Assembly (NCBI GenBank): GCA_964057225.1
Contig: OZ059895.1
Coordinates: 22,754,001-22,818,000 of the forward strand
Direction: 5' to 3'
Source: Auanema rhodensis
Lineage: Eukaryota > Animalia > Nematoda
Length of the DNA stretch: 64,000 nt
A program made the position numbers and the translations under genes. Position 1 is the stretch's first letter, and each line of letters begins with the position of its first letter. Under the pieces are notes generated by a model that saw nothing but the letters and a program-made list of their open reading frames with translations, had not been told where the DNA came from and searched no databases. Of this stretch, positions 1 through 11,200 are shown piece after piece.

Positions 1-40
1 AATTTTTGTATTAAGCGTTTCTCAATGTAGTATAGTGCAT

Positions 41-107
41 TCGATGCGGATTTTTAAGCTGCGTCGATCTGTGTTATCAGATTTGCGCTAGCTTAAAAAT
101 GCACCGA
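41..107. other. Large imperfect inverted repeat (hairpin/cruciform potential) in every monomer; coordinates for M1
   Basis: ATTTTTAAGCT (50-60) is the exact reverse complement of AGCTTAAAAAT (90-100). Inner pairs are GCG/CGC (61-63/86-88) and ATCTG/CAGAT (67-71/78-82) around loop TGTTAT. Outer pair is TCGaTGC/GCAcCGA (41-47/101-107). Confidence 0.9.
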
Positions 108-213
108 GATATCAACTGATATATGTTCACACTTATATCCTCGATTTTCACCCTGAAGAATTAATTTTTTCGTTGAATAACAATGTTCATCGTCTTTGCC
201 TTGAAAAAAGGAA

Positions 214-285
214 TCTAAAAACATCTACTTTTTGCTAAATTATTTTGAAATTTTTCGAAAAAATTTTTGTCAAAATGTTTTTGGA
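214..285. other. A/T-tract-rich nested dyad region of the monomer; coordinates for M1
   Basis: Perfect 12-bp palindrome TTTTTCGAAAAA (251-262), flanked by ATTTTGA/TCAAAAT (242-248/270-276). TCTAAAAACAT (214-224) matches ATGTTTTTgGA (275-285) at 10/11. Confidence 0.8.
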
Positions 286-289
286 AGCA

Positions 290-317
290 ATGTTGAGTGT
301 ACATGGAAACTCAACAT
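290..317. other. Perfect 9-bp inverted repeat with 10-nt loop in every monomer; coordinates for M1
   Basis: ATGTTGAGT (290-298) - GTACATGGAA - ACTCAACAT (309-317). Confidence 0.9.
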
Positions 318-468
318 ACACTAATGCATCATTTTTCAAACGATCATAACTAATTTTTGTATTAAGCGTTTCTCAATGTAGTATAGTGCATTCGATGCGG
401 ATTTTTAAGTTGCGTCGATCTGTGTTATCAGATTTGCGCTAGCTTAAAAATGCACCGAGATATCAACT

Positions 469-490
469 GATATAAGTTCACACTTATATC
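469..490. other. 9-bp stem / 4-nt loop inverted repeat (perfect in the pos124=A allele); coordinates for M2
   Basis: GATATAAGT (469-477) - TCAC - ACTTATATC (482-490). It overlaps an alternative dyad ATATCA-AC-TGATAT (monomer pos 109-122). Confidence 0.85.
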
Positions 491-1053
491 CTCGATTTTC
501 ACCCTGAAGAATTAATTTTTTCGTTGAATAACAATGTCCATCGTCTTTGCCTTGAAAAAAGAAATCTAAAAACATCTACTTTTTGCTAAATTATTTTGAA
601 ATTTTTCGAAAAAATTTTTGTCAAAATGTTTTTGGAAGCAATGTTGAGTGTACATGGAAACTCAACATACACTAATGCATCATTTTTCAAACAATCATAA
701 CTAATTTTTGTATTAAGCGTTTCTCAATGTAGTATAGTGCATTCGATGCAGATTTTTAAGCTGCGTCGATCTGTGTTATCAGATTTGCGCTAGCTTAAAA
801 ATGCACCGAGATATCAACTGATATATGTTCACACTTATATCCTCGATTTTCACCCTGAAGAATTAATTTTTTCGTTGAATAACAATGTCCATCGTCTTTG
901 CCTTGAAAAAAGGAATCTAAAAACATCTACTTTTTGCTAAATTATTTTGAAATTTTTCGAAAAAATTTTTGTCAAAATGTTTTTGGAAGCAATGTTGAGT
1001 GTACATGGAAACTCAACATACACTAATGCATCATTTTTCAAACGATCATAACT

Positions 1054-3867
1054 AATTTTTGTATTAAGCGTTTCTCAATGTAGTATAGTGCATTCGATGC
1101 GGATTTTTAAGCTGCGTCGATCTGTGTTATCAGATTTGCGCTAGCTTAAAAATGCACCGAGATATCAACTGATATATGTTCACACTTATATCCTCGATTT
1201 TCACCCTGAAGAATTAATTTTTTCGTTGAATAACAATGTCCATCGTCTTTGCCTTGAAAAAAGGAATCTAAAAACATCTACTTTTTGCTAAATTATTTTG
1301 AAATTTTTCGAAAAAATTTTTGTCAAAATGTTTTTGGAAGCAATGTTGAGTGTACATGGAAACTCAACATACACTAATGCATCATTTTTCAAACGATCAT
1401 AACTAATTTTTGTATTAAGCGTTTCTCAATGTAGTATAGTGCATTCGATGCGGATTTTTAAGCTGCGTCGATCTGTGTTATCAGATTTGCGCTAGCTTAA
1501 AAATGCACCGAGATATCAACTGATATATGTTCACACTTATATCCTCGATTTTCACCCTGAAGAATTAATTTTTTCGTTGAATAACAATGTTCATCGTCTT
1601 TGCCTTGAAAAAAGGAATCTAAAAACATCTACTTTTTGCTAAATTATTTTGAAATTTTTCGAAAAAATTTTTGTCAAAATGTTTTTGGAAGCAATGTTGA
1701 GTGTACATGGAAACTCAACATACACTAATGCATCATTTTTCAAACGATCATAACTAATTTTTGTATTAAGCGTTTCTCAATGTAGTATAGTGCATTCGAT
1801 GCGGATTTTTAAGCTGCGTCGATCTGTGTTATCAGATGATTTGCGCTAGCTTAAAAATGCACCGAGATATCAACTGATATAAGTTCACACTTATATCCTC
1901 GATTTTCACCCTGAAGAATTAATTTTTTCGTTGAATAACAATGTCCATCGTCTTTGCCTTGAAAAAAGAAATCTAAAAACATCTACTTTTTGCTAAATTA
2001 TCTTGAAATTTTTCGAAAAAATTTTTGTCAAAATGTTTTTAGAAGCAATGTTGAGTGTACATAGAAACTCAACATACACTAATGCATCATTTTTCAAACG
2101 ATCATAACTAATTTTTGTATTAAGCGTTTCTCAATGTAGTATAGTGCATTCGATGCGGATTTTTAAGCTGCAATGATCTGTGTTATCAGATTTGCGCTAG
2201 CTTAAAAATGCACCGAGATATCAACTGATATAAGTTCACACTTATATCCTCGATTTTCACCCTGAAGAATTAATTTTTTCGTTGAATAACAATGTTCATC
2301 GTCTTTGCCTTGAAAAAAGGAATCTAAAAACATCTACTTTTTGCTAAATTATTTTGAAATTTTTCGAAAAAATTTTTGTCAAAATGTTTTTGGAAGCAAT
2401 GTTGAGTGTACATGGAAACTCAACATACACTAATGCATCATTTTTCAAACGATCATAACTAATTTTTGTATTAAGCGTTTCTCAATGTAGTATAGTGCAT
2501 TCGATGCGGATTTTTAAGCTGCGTCGATCTGTGTTATCAGATTTGCGCTAGCTTAAAAATGCACCGAGATATCAACTGATATATGTTCACACTTATATCC
2601 TCGATTTTCACCCTGAAGAATTAATTTTTTCGTTGAATAACAATGTCCATCGTCTTTGCCTTGAAAAAAGGAATCTAAAAACATCTACTTTTTGCTAAAT
2701 TATTTTGAAATTTTTCGAAAAAATTTTTGTCAAAATGTTTTTGGAAGCAATGTTGAGTGTACATGGAAACTCAACATACACTAATGCATCATTTTTCAAA
2801 CGATCATAACTAATTTTTGTATTAAGCGTTTCTCAATGTAGTATAGTGCATTCGATGCGGATTTTTAAGCTGCGTCGATCTGTGTTATCAGATTTGCGCT
2901 AGCTTAAAAATGCACCGAGATATCAACTGATATATGTTCACACTTATATCCTCGATTTTCACCCTGAAGAATTAATTTTTTCGTTGAATAACAATGTTCA
3001 TCGTCTTTGCCTTGAAAAAAGGAATCTAAAAACATCTACTTTTTGCTAAATTATTTTGAAATTTTTCGAAAAAATTTTTGTCAAAATGTTTTTGGAAGCA
3101 ATGTTGAGTGTACATGGAAACTCAACATACACTAATGCATCATTTTTCAAACGATCATAACTAATTTTTGTATTAAGCGTTTCTCAATGTAGTATAGTGC
3201 ATTCGATGCGGATTTTTAAGCTGCGTCGATCTGTGTTATCAGATGATTTGCGCTAGCTTAAAAATGCACCGAGATATCAACTGATATAAGTTCACACTTA
3301 TATCCTCGATTTTCACCCTGAAGAATTAATTTTTTCGTTGAATAACAATGTCCATCGTCTTTGCCTTGAAAAAAGAAATCTAAAAACATCTACTTTTTGC
3401 TAAATTATCTTGAAATTTTTCGAAAAAATTTTTGTCAAAATGTTTTTAGAAGCAATGTTGAGTGTACATAGAAACTCAACATACACTAATGCATCATTTT
3501 TCAAACGATCATAACTAATTTTTGTATTAAGCGTTTCTCAATGTAGTATAGTGCATTCGATGCGGATTTTTAAGCTGCAATGATCTGTGTTATCAGATTT
3601 GCGCTAGCTTAAAAATGCACCGAGATATCAACTGATATAAGTTCACACTTATATCCTCGATTTTCACCCTGAAGAATTAATTTTTTCGTTGAATAACAAT
3701 GTTCATCGTCTTTGCCTTGAAAAAAGGAATCTAAAAACATCTACTTTTTGCTAAATTATTTTGAAATTTTTCGAAAAAATTTTTGTCAAAATGTTTTTGG
3801 AAGCAATGTTGAGTGTACATGGAAACTCAACATACACTAATGCATCATTTTTCAAACGATCATAACT
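1054..3867. repeat. Tandem duplication of a 4-monomer unit (1407 bp x2)
   Basis: The GAT duplication (CAGATGATTTG) sits at 1835-1840 and 3242-3247, exactly 1407 bp apart. The accompanying variants (ATCTTGA, TTTAGAAG, CATAGAA, then GCAATG in the next monomer) occur in the same order in both copies. Confidence 0.9.
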
Positions 3868-5271
3868 AATTTTTGTATCAAGCGTTTCTCAATGTAGTAT
3901 AGTGCATTCGATGCGGATTTTTAAGCTGCGTCAATCTGTGTTATCAGATTTGCGCTAGCTTAAAAATGCACCGAGATATCAACTGATATAAGTTCACACT
4001 TATATCCTCGATTTTCACCCTGAAGAATTAATTTTTTCGTTGAATAACAATGTCCATCGTCTTTGCCTTGAAAAAAGAAATCTAAAAACATCTACTTTTT
4101 GCTAAATTATTTTGAAATTTTTCGAAAAAATTTTTGTCAAAATGTTTTTGGAAGCAATGTTGAGTGTACATGGAAACTCAACATACACTAATGCATCATT
4201 TTTCAAACGATCATAACTAATTTTTGTATTAAGCGTTTCTCAATGTAGTATAGTGCATTCGATGCGGATTTTTAAGCTGCGTCGATCTGTGTTATCAGAT
4301 TTGCGCTAGCTTAAAAATGCACCGAGATATCAACTGATATAAGTTCACACTTATATCCTCGATTTTCACCCTGAAGAATTAATTTTTTCGTTGAATAACA
4401 ATGTCCATCGTCTTTGCCTTGAAAAAAGAAATCTAAAAACATCTACTTTTTGCTAAATTATCTCGAAATTTTTCGAAAAAATTTTTGTCAAAATGTTTTT
4501 GGAAGCAATGTTGAGTGTACATGGAAACTCAACATACACTAATGCATCATTTTTCGAACGATCATAACTAATTTTTGTATTAAGCGTTTCTCAATGTAGT
4601 ATAGTGCATTCGATGCGGATTTTTAAGCTGCGTCGATCTGTGTTATCAGATTTGCGCTAGCTTAAAAATGCACCGAGATATCAACTGATATATGTTCACA
4701 CTTATATCCTCGATTTTCACCCTGAAGAATCAATTTTTTCGTTGAATAACAATGTCCATCGTCTTTGCCTTGAAAAAAGGAATCTAAAAACATCTACTTT
4801 TTGCTAAATTATTTTGAAATTTTTCGAAAAAATTTTTGTCAAAATGTTTTTGGAAGCAATGTTGAGTGTACATGGAAACTCAACATACACTAATGCATCA
4901 TTTTTCAAACGATCATAACTAATTTTTGTATTAAGCGTTTCTCAATGTAGTATAGTGCATTCGATGCGGATTTTTAAGCTGCGTCGATCTGTGTTATCAG
5001 ATTTGCGCTAGCTTAAAAATGCACCGAGATATCAACTGATATATGTTCACACTTATATCCTCGATTTTCACCCTGAAGAATCAATTTTTTCGTTGAATAA
5101 CAATGTCCATCGTCTTTGCCTTGAAAAAACAAATCTAAAAACATCTACTTTTTGCTAAATTATTTTGAAATTTTTCGAAAAAATTTTTGTCAAAATGTTT
5201 TTGGAAGCAATGTTGAGTGTACATGGAAACTCAACATACACTAATGCATCATTTTTCAAACGATCATAACT

Positions 5272-8200
5272 AATTTTTGTATCAAGCGTTTCTCAATGTA
5301 GTATAGTGCATTCGATGCGGATTTTTAAGCTGCGTCAATCTGTGTTATCAGATTTGCGCTAGCTTAAAAATGCACCGAGATATCAACTGATATAAGTTCA
5401 CACTTATATCCTCGATTTTCACCCTGAAGAATTAATTTTTTCGTTGAATAACAATGTCCATCGTCTTTGCCTTGAAAAAAGAAATCTAAAAACATCTACT
5501 TTTTGCTAAATTATTTTGAAATTTTTCGAAAAAATTTTTGTCAAAATGTTTTTGGAAGCAATGTTGAGTGTACATGGAAACTCAACATACACTAATGCAT
5601 CATTTTTCAAACGATCATAACTAATTTTTGTATTAAGCGTTTCTCAATGTAGTATAGTGCATTCGATGCGGATTTTTAAGCTGCGTCGATCTGTGTTATC
5701 AGATTTGCGCTAGCTTAAAAATGCACCGAGATATCAACTGATATAAGTTCACACTTATATCCTCGATTTTCACCCTGAAGAATTAATTTTTTCGTTGAAT
5801 AACAATGTCCATCGTCTTTGCCTTGAAAAAAGAAATCTAAAAACATCTACTTTTTGCTAAATTATCTTGAAATTTTTCGAAAAAATTTTTGTCAAAATGT
5901 TTTTGGAAGCAATGTTGAGTGTACATGGAAACTCAACATACACTAATGCATCATTTTTCGAACGATCATAACTAATTTTTGTATTAAGCGTTTCTCAATG
6001 TAGTATAGTGCATTCGATGCGGATTTTTAAGCTGCGTCGATCTGTGTTATCAGATTTGCGCTAGCTTAAAAATGCACCGAGATATCAACTGATATATGTT
6101 CACACTTATATCCTCGATTTTCACCCTGAAGAATTAATTTTTTCGTTGAATAACAATGTTCATCGTCTTTGCCTTGAAAAAAGGAATCTAAAAACATCTA
6201 CTTTTTGCTAAATTATTTTGAAATTTTTCGAAAAAATTTTTGTCAAAATGTTTTTGGAAGCAATGTTGAGTGTACATGGAAACTCAACATACACTAATGC
6301 ATCATTTTTCAAACGATCATAACTAATTTTTGTATTAAGCGTTTCTCAATGTAGTATAGTGCATTCGATGCGGATTTTTAAGTTGCGTCGATCTGTGTTA
6401 TCAGATTTGCGCTAGCTTAAAAATGCACCGAGATATCAACTGATATAAGTTCACACTTATATCCTCGATTTTCACCCTGAAGAATTAATTTTTTCGTTGA
6501 ATAACAATGTCCATCGTCTTTGCCTTGAAAAAAGAAATCTAAAAACATCTACTTTTTGCTAAATTATTTTGAAATTTTTCGAAAAAATTTTTGTCAAAAT
6601 GTTTTTGGAAGCAATGTTGAGTGTACATGGAAACTCAACATACACTAATGCATCATTTTTCAAACGATCATAACTAATTTTTGTATTAAGCATTTCTCAA
6701 TGTAGTATAGTGCATTCGATGCGGATTTTTAAGCTGCAATGATCTGTGTTATCAGATTTGCGCTAGCTTAAAAATGCACCGAGATATCAACTGATATATG
6801 TTCACACTTATCTCCTCGATTTTCACCCTGAAGAATTAATTTTTTCGTTGAATAACAATGTCCATCGTCTTTGCCTTGAAAAAAAGAATCTAAAAACATC
6901 TACTTTTTGCTAAATTATTTTGAAATTTTTCGAAAAAATTTTTGTCAAAATGTTTTTGGAAGCAATGTTGAGTGTACATGGAAACTCAACATACACTAAT
7001 GCATCATTTTTCAAACGATCATAACTAATTTTTGTATTAAGCGTTTCTCAATGTAGTATAGTGCATTCGATGCGGATTTTTAAGCTGCGTCGATCTGTGT
7101 TATCAGATTTGCGCTAGCTTAAAAATGCACCGAGATATCAACTGATATATGTTCACACTTATATCCTCGATTTTCACCCTGAAGAATCAATTTTTTCGTT
7201 GAATAACAATGTCCATCGTCTTTGCCTTGAAAAAAGGAATCTAAAAACATCTACTTTTTGCTAAATTATTTTGAAATTTTTCGAAAAAATTTTTGTCAAA
7301 ATGTTTTTGGAAGCAATGTTGAGTGTACATGGAAACTCAACATACACTAATGCATCATTTTTCAAACGATCATAACTAATTTTTGTATTGAGCGTTTCTC
7401 AATGTAGTATAAGGCATTCGATGCGGATTTTTAAGCTGCGTCGATCTGTGTTATCAGATTTGCGCTAGCTTAAAAATGCACCGAGATATCAACTGATATA
7501 AGTTCACACTTAGATCCTCGATTTTCACCCTGAAGAATTAATTTTTTCGTTGAATAACAATGTCCATCGTCTTTGCCTTGAAAAAAAAAAATCTAAAAAC
7601 ATCTACTTTTTGCTAAATTATTTTGAAATTTTTCGAAAAAATTTTTGTCAAAATGTTTTTGGAAGCAATGTTGAGTGTACATGGAAACTCAACATACACT
7701 AATGCATCATTTTTCAAACGATCATAACTAATTTTTGTATTAAGCGTTTCTCAATGTAGTATAGTGCATTCGATGCGGATTTTTAAGCTGCGTCGATCTG
7801 TTTTATCAGATTTGCGCTAGCTTAAAAATGCACCGAGATATCAACTGATATAAGTTCACACTTATATCCTCGATTTTCACCCTGAAGAATTAATTTTTTC
7901 GTTGAATAACAATGTCCATCGTCTTTGCCTTGAAAAAAGGAATCTAAAAACATCTACTTTTTGCTAAATTATTTTGAAATTTTTCGAAAAAATTTTTGTC
8001 AAAATGTTTTTGGAAGCAATGTTGAGTGTACATGGAAACTCAACATACACTAATGCATCATTTTTCAAACGATCATAACTAATTTTTGTATTAAGCGTTT
8101 CTCCATGTAGTATAGTGCATTCGATGCGGATTTTTAAGCTGCGTCGATCTGTGTTATCAGATTTGCGCTAGCTTAAAAATGCACCGAGATATCAACTGAT

Positions 8201-11200
8201 ATAAGTTCACACTTAGATCCTCGATTTTCACCCTGAAGAATTAATTTTTTTGTTGAATAACAATGTCCATCGTCTTTGCTTTGAAAAAACAAATCTAAAA
8301 ACATCTACTTTTTGCTAAATTATTTCGAAATTTTTCGAAAAAATTTTTGTCAAAATGTTTTTGGAAGCAATGTTGAGTGTACATGGAAACTCAACATACA
8401 CTAATGCATCATTTTTCAAACGATCATAACTAATTTTTGTATTAAGCGTTTCTCAATGTAGTATAGTGCATTCGATGCGGATTTTTAAGCTGCAATGATC
8501 TGTGTTATCAGATTTGCGCTAGCTTAAAAATGCACCGAGATATCAACTGATATATGTTCACACTTATCTCCTCGATTTTCACCCTGAAGAATTAATTTTT
8601 TCGTTGAATAACAATGTCCATCGTCTTTGCCTTGAAAAAAAGAATCTAAAAACATCTACTTTATGCTAAATTATTTTGAAATTTTTCGAAAAAATTTTTG
8701 TCAAAATGTTTTTGGAAGCAATGTTGAGTGTACATGGAAACTCAACATACACTAATGCATCATTTTTCAAACGATCATAACTAATTTTTGTATTAAGCGT
8801 TTCTCAATGTAGTATAGTGCATTCGATGCGGATTTTTAAGCTGCGTCGATCTGTGTTATCAGATTTGCGCTAGCTTAAAAATGCACCGAGATATCAACTG
8901 ATATATGTTCACACTTATATCCTCGATTTTCACCCTGAAGAATCAATTTTTTCGTTGAATAACAATGTCCATCGTCTTTGCCTTGAAAAAAGGAATCTAA
9001 AAACATCTACTTTTTGCTAAATTATTTTGAAATTTTTCGAAAAAATTTTTGTCAAAATGTTTTTGGAAGCAATGTTGAGTGTACATGGAAACTCAACATA
9101 CACTAATGCATCATTTTTCAAACGATCATAACTAATTTTTGTATTGAGCGTTTCTCAATGTAGTATAAGGCATTCGATGCGGATTTTTAAGCTGCGTCGA
9201 TCTGTGTTATCAGATTTGCGCTAGCTTAAAAATGCACCGAGATATCAACTGATATAAGTTCACACTTAGATCCTCGATTTTCACCCTGAAGAATTAATTT
9301 TTTCGTTGAATAACAATGTCCATCGTCTTTGCCTTGAAAAAAAAAATCTAAAAACATCTACTTTTTGCTAAATTATTTTGAAATTTTTCGAAAAAATTTT
9401 TGTCAAAATGTTTTTGGAAGCAATGTTGAGTGTACATGGAAACTCAACATACACTAATGCATCATTTTTCAAACGATCATAACTAATTTTTGTATTAAGC
9501 GTTTCTCAATGTAGTATAGTGCATTCGATGCGGATTTTTAAGCTGCGTCGATCTGTTTTATCAGATTTGCGCTAGCTTAAAAATGCACCGAGATATCAAC
9601 TGATATAAGTTCACACTTATATCCTCGATTTTCACCCTGAAGAATTAATTTTTTCGTTGAATAACAATGTCCATCGTCTTTGCCTTGAAAAAAGGAATCT
9701 AAAAACATCTACTTTTTGCTAAATTATTTTGAAATTTTTCGAAAAAATTTTTGTCAAAATGTTTTTGGAAGCAATGTTGAGTGTACATGGAAACTCAACA
9801 TACACTAATGCATCATTTTTCAAACGATCATAACTAATTTTTGTATTAAGCGTTTCTCCATGTAGTATAGTGCATTCGATGCGGATTTTTAAGCTGCGTC
9901 GATCTGTGTTATCAGATTTGCGCTAGCTTAAAAATGCACCGAGATATCAACTGATATATGTTCACACTTATATCCTCGATTTTCACCCTGAAGAATTAAT
10001 TTTTTCGTTGAATAACAATGTCCATCGTCTTTGCCTTGAAAAAAAAAAATCTAAAAACATCTACTTTTTGCTAAATTATTTTGAAATTTTTCGAAAAAAT
10101 TTTTGTCAAAATGTTTTTGGAAGCAATGTTGAGTGTACATGGAAACTCAACATACACTAATGCATCATTTTTCAAACGATCATAACTAATTTTTGTATTA
10201 AGCGTTTCTCAATGTAGTATAGTGCATTCGATGCGGATTTTTAAGCTGCGTCGATCTGTGTTATCAGATTTGCGCTAGCTTAAAAATGCACCGAGATATC
10301 AACTGATATAAGTTCACACTTAGATCCTCGATTTTCACCCTGAAGAATTAATTTTTTTGTTGAATAACAATGTCCATCGTCTTTGCCTTGAAAAAACAAA
10401 TCTAAAAACATCTACTTTTTGCTAAATTATTTTGAAATTTTTCGAAAAAATTTTTGTCAATTTTTTTTTGGAAGCAATGTTGAGTGTACATGGAAACTCA
10501 ACATACACTAATGCATCATTTTTCAAACGATCATAACTAATTTTTGTATCAAGCGTTTCTCAATGTAGTATAGTGCATTCGATGCGGATTTTTAAGCTGC
10601 GTCAATCTGTGTTATCAGATTTGCGCTAGCTTAAAAATGCACCGAGATATCAACTGATATAAGTTCACACTTATATCCTCGATTTTCACCCTGAAGAATT
10701 AATTTTTTCGTTGAATAACAATGTCCATCGTCTTTGCCTTGAAAAAAGAAATCTAAAAACATCTACTTTTTGCTAAATTATTTTGAAATTTTTCGAAAAA
10801 ATTTTTGTCAAAATGTTTTTGGAAGCAATGTTGAGTGTACATGGAAACTCAACATACACTAATGCATCATTTTTCAAACGATCATAACTAATTTTTGTAT
10901 TAAGCGTTTCTCAATGTAGTATAGTGCATTCGATGCGGATTTTTAAGCTGCGTCGATCTGTGTTATCAGATTTGCGCTAGCTTAAAAATGCACCGAGATA
11001 TCAACTGATATAAGTTCACACTTATATCCTCGATTTTCACCCTGAAGAATTAATTTTTTCGTTGAATAACAATGTCCATCGTCTTTGCCTTGAAAAAAGA
11101 AATCTAAAAACATCTACTTTTTGCTAAATTATCTTGAAATTTTTCGAAAAAATTTTTGTCAAAATGTTTTTGGAAGCAATGTTGAGTGTACATGGAAACT

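Noticed and set aside
168-184. CENP-B-box-like start TTTCGTTGAATAACAAT
   Set aside because: It matches TTCG and the central A of the NTTCGNNNNANNCGGGN core but lacks the essential CGGG.
290-324. Helitron 3' end (hairpin followed by CTRR) or intrinsic terminator
   Set aside because: The hairpin is AT-rich and CTAA lies only 3 nt downstream rather than ~10-12 nt. There is no adjacent U-tract, upstream gene or element boundary.
275-349. Short ORF MFLEAMLSVHGNSTYTNASFFKRS* repeated in each monomer
   Set aside because: Only 24 codons, which is expected by chance. No recognisable motif and no evidence of expression.
1-351. Identity with known ~350-360-bp insect satellites (Drosophila 1.688/359-bp, Tribolium satellites)
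   Set aside because: Only length and AT-richness are similar. I recognise no sequence match from memory; a BLAST/Dfam search is needed.
1-351. Tandem RNA gene unit (5S rRNA, tRNA, snRNA, spliced leader)
   Set aside because: No recognisable 5S, tRNA cloverleaf with A/B boxes, or snRNA/SL sequence on either strand.
2172-2174. GTC>AAT triple variant (GCTGCAATGATC) as another templated mutation
   Set aside because: It creates only a 4-bp GCAA/TTGC match with a bulge, and a single G63A allele exists, so a template cannot be assigned convincingly.
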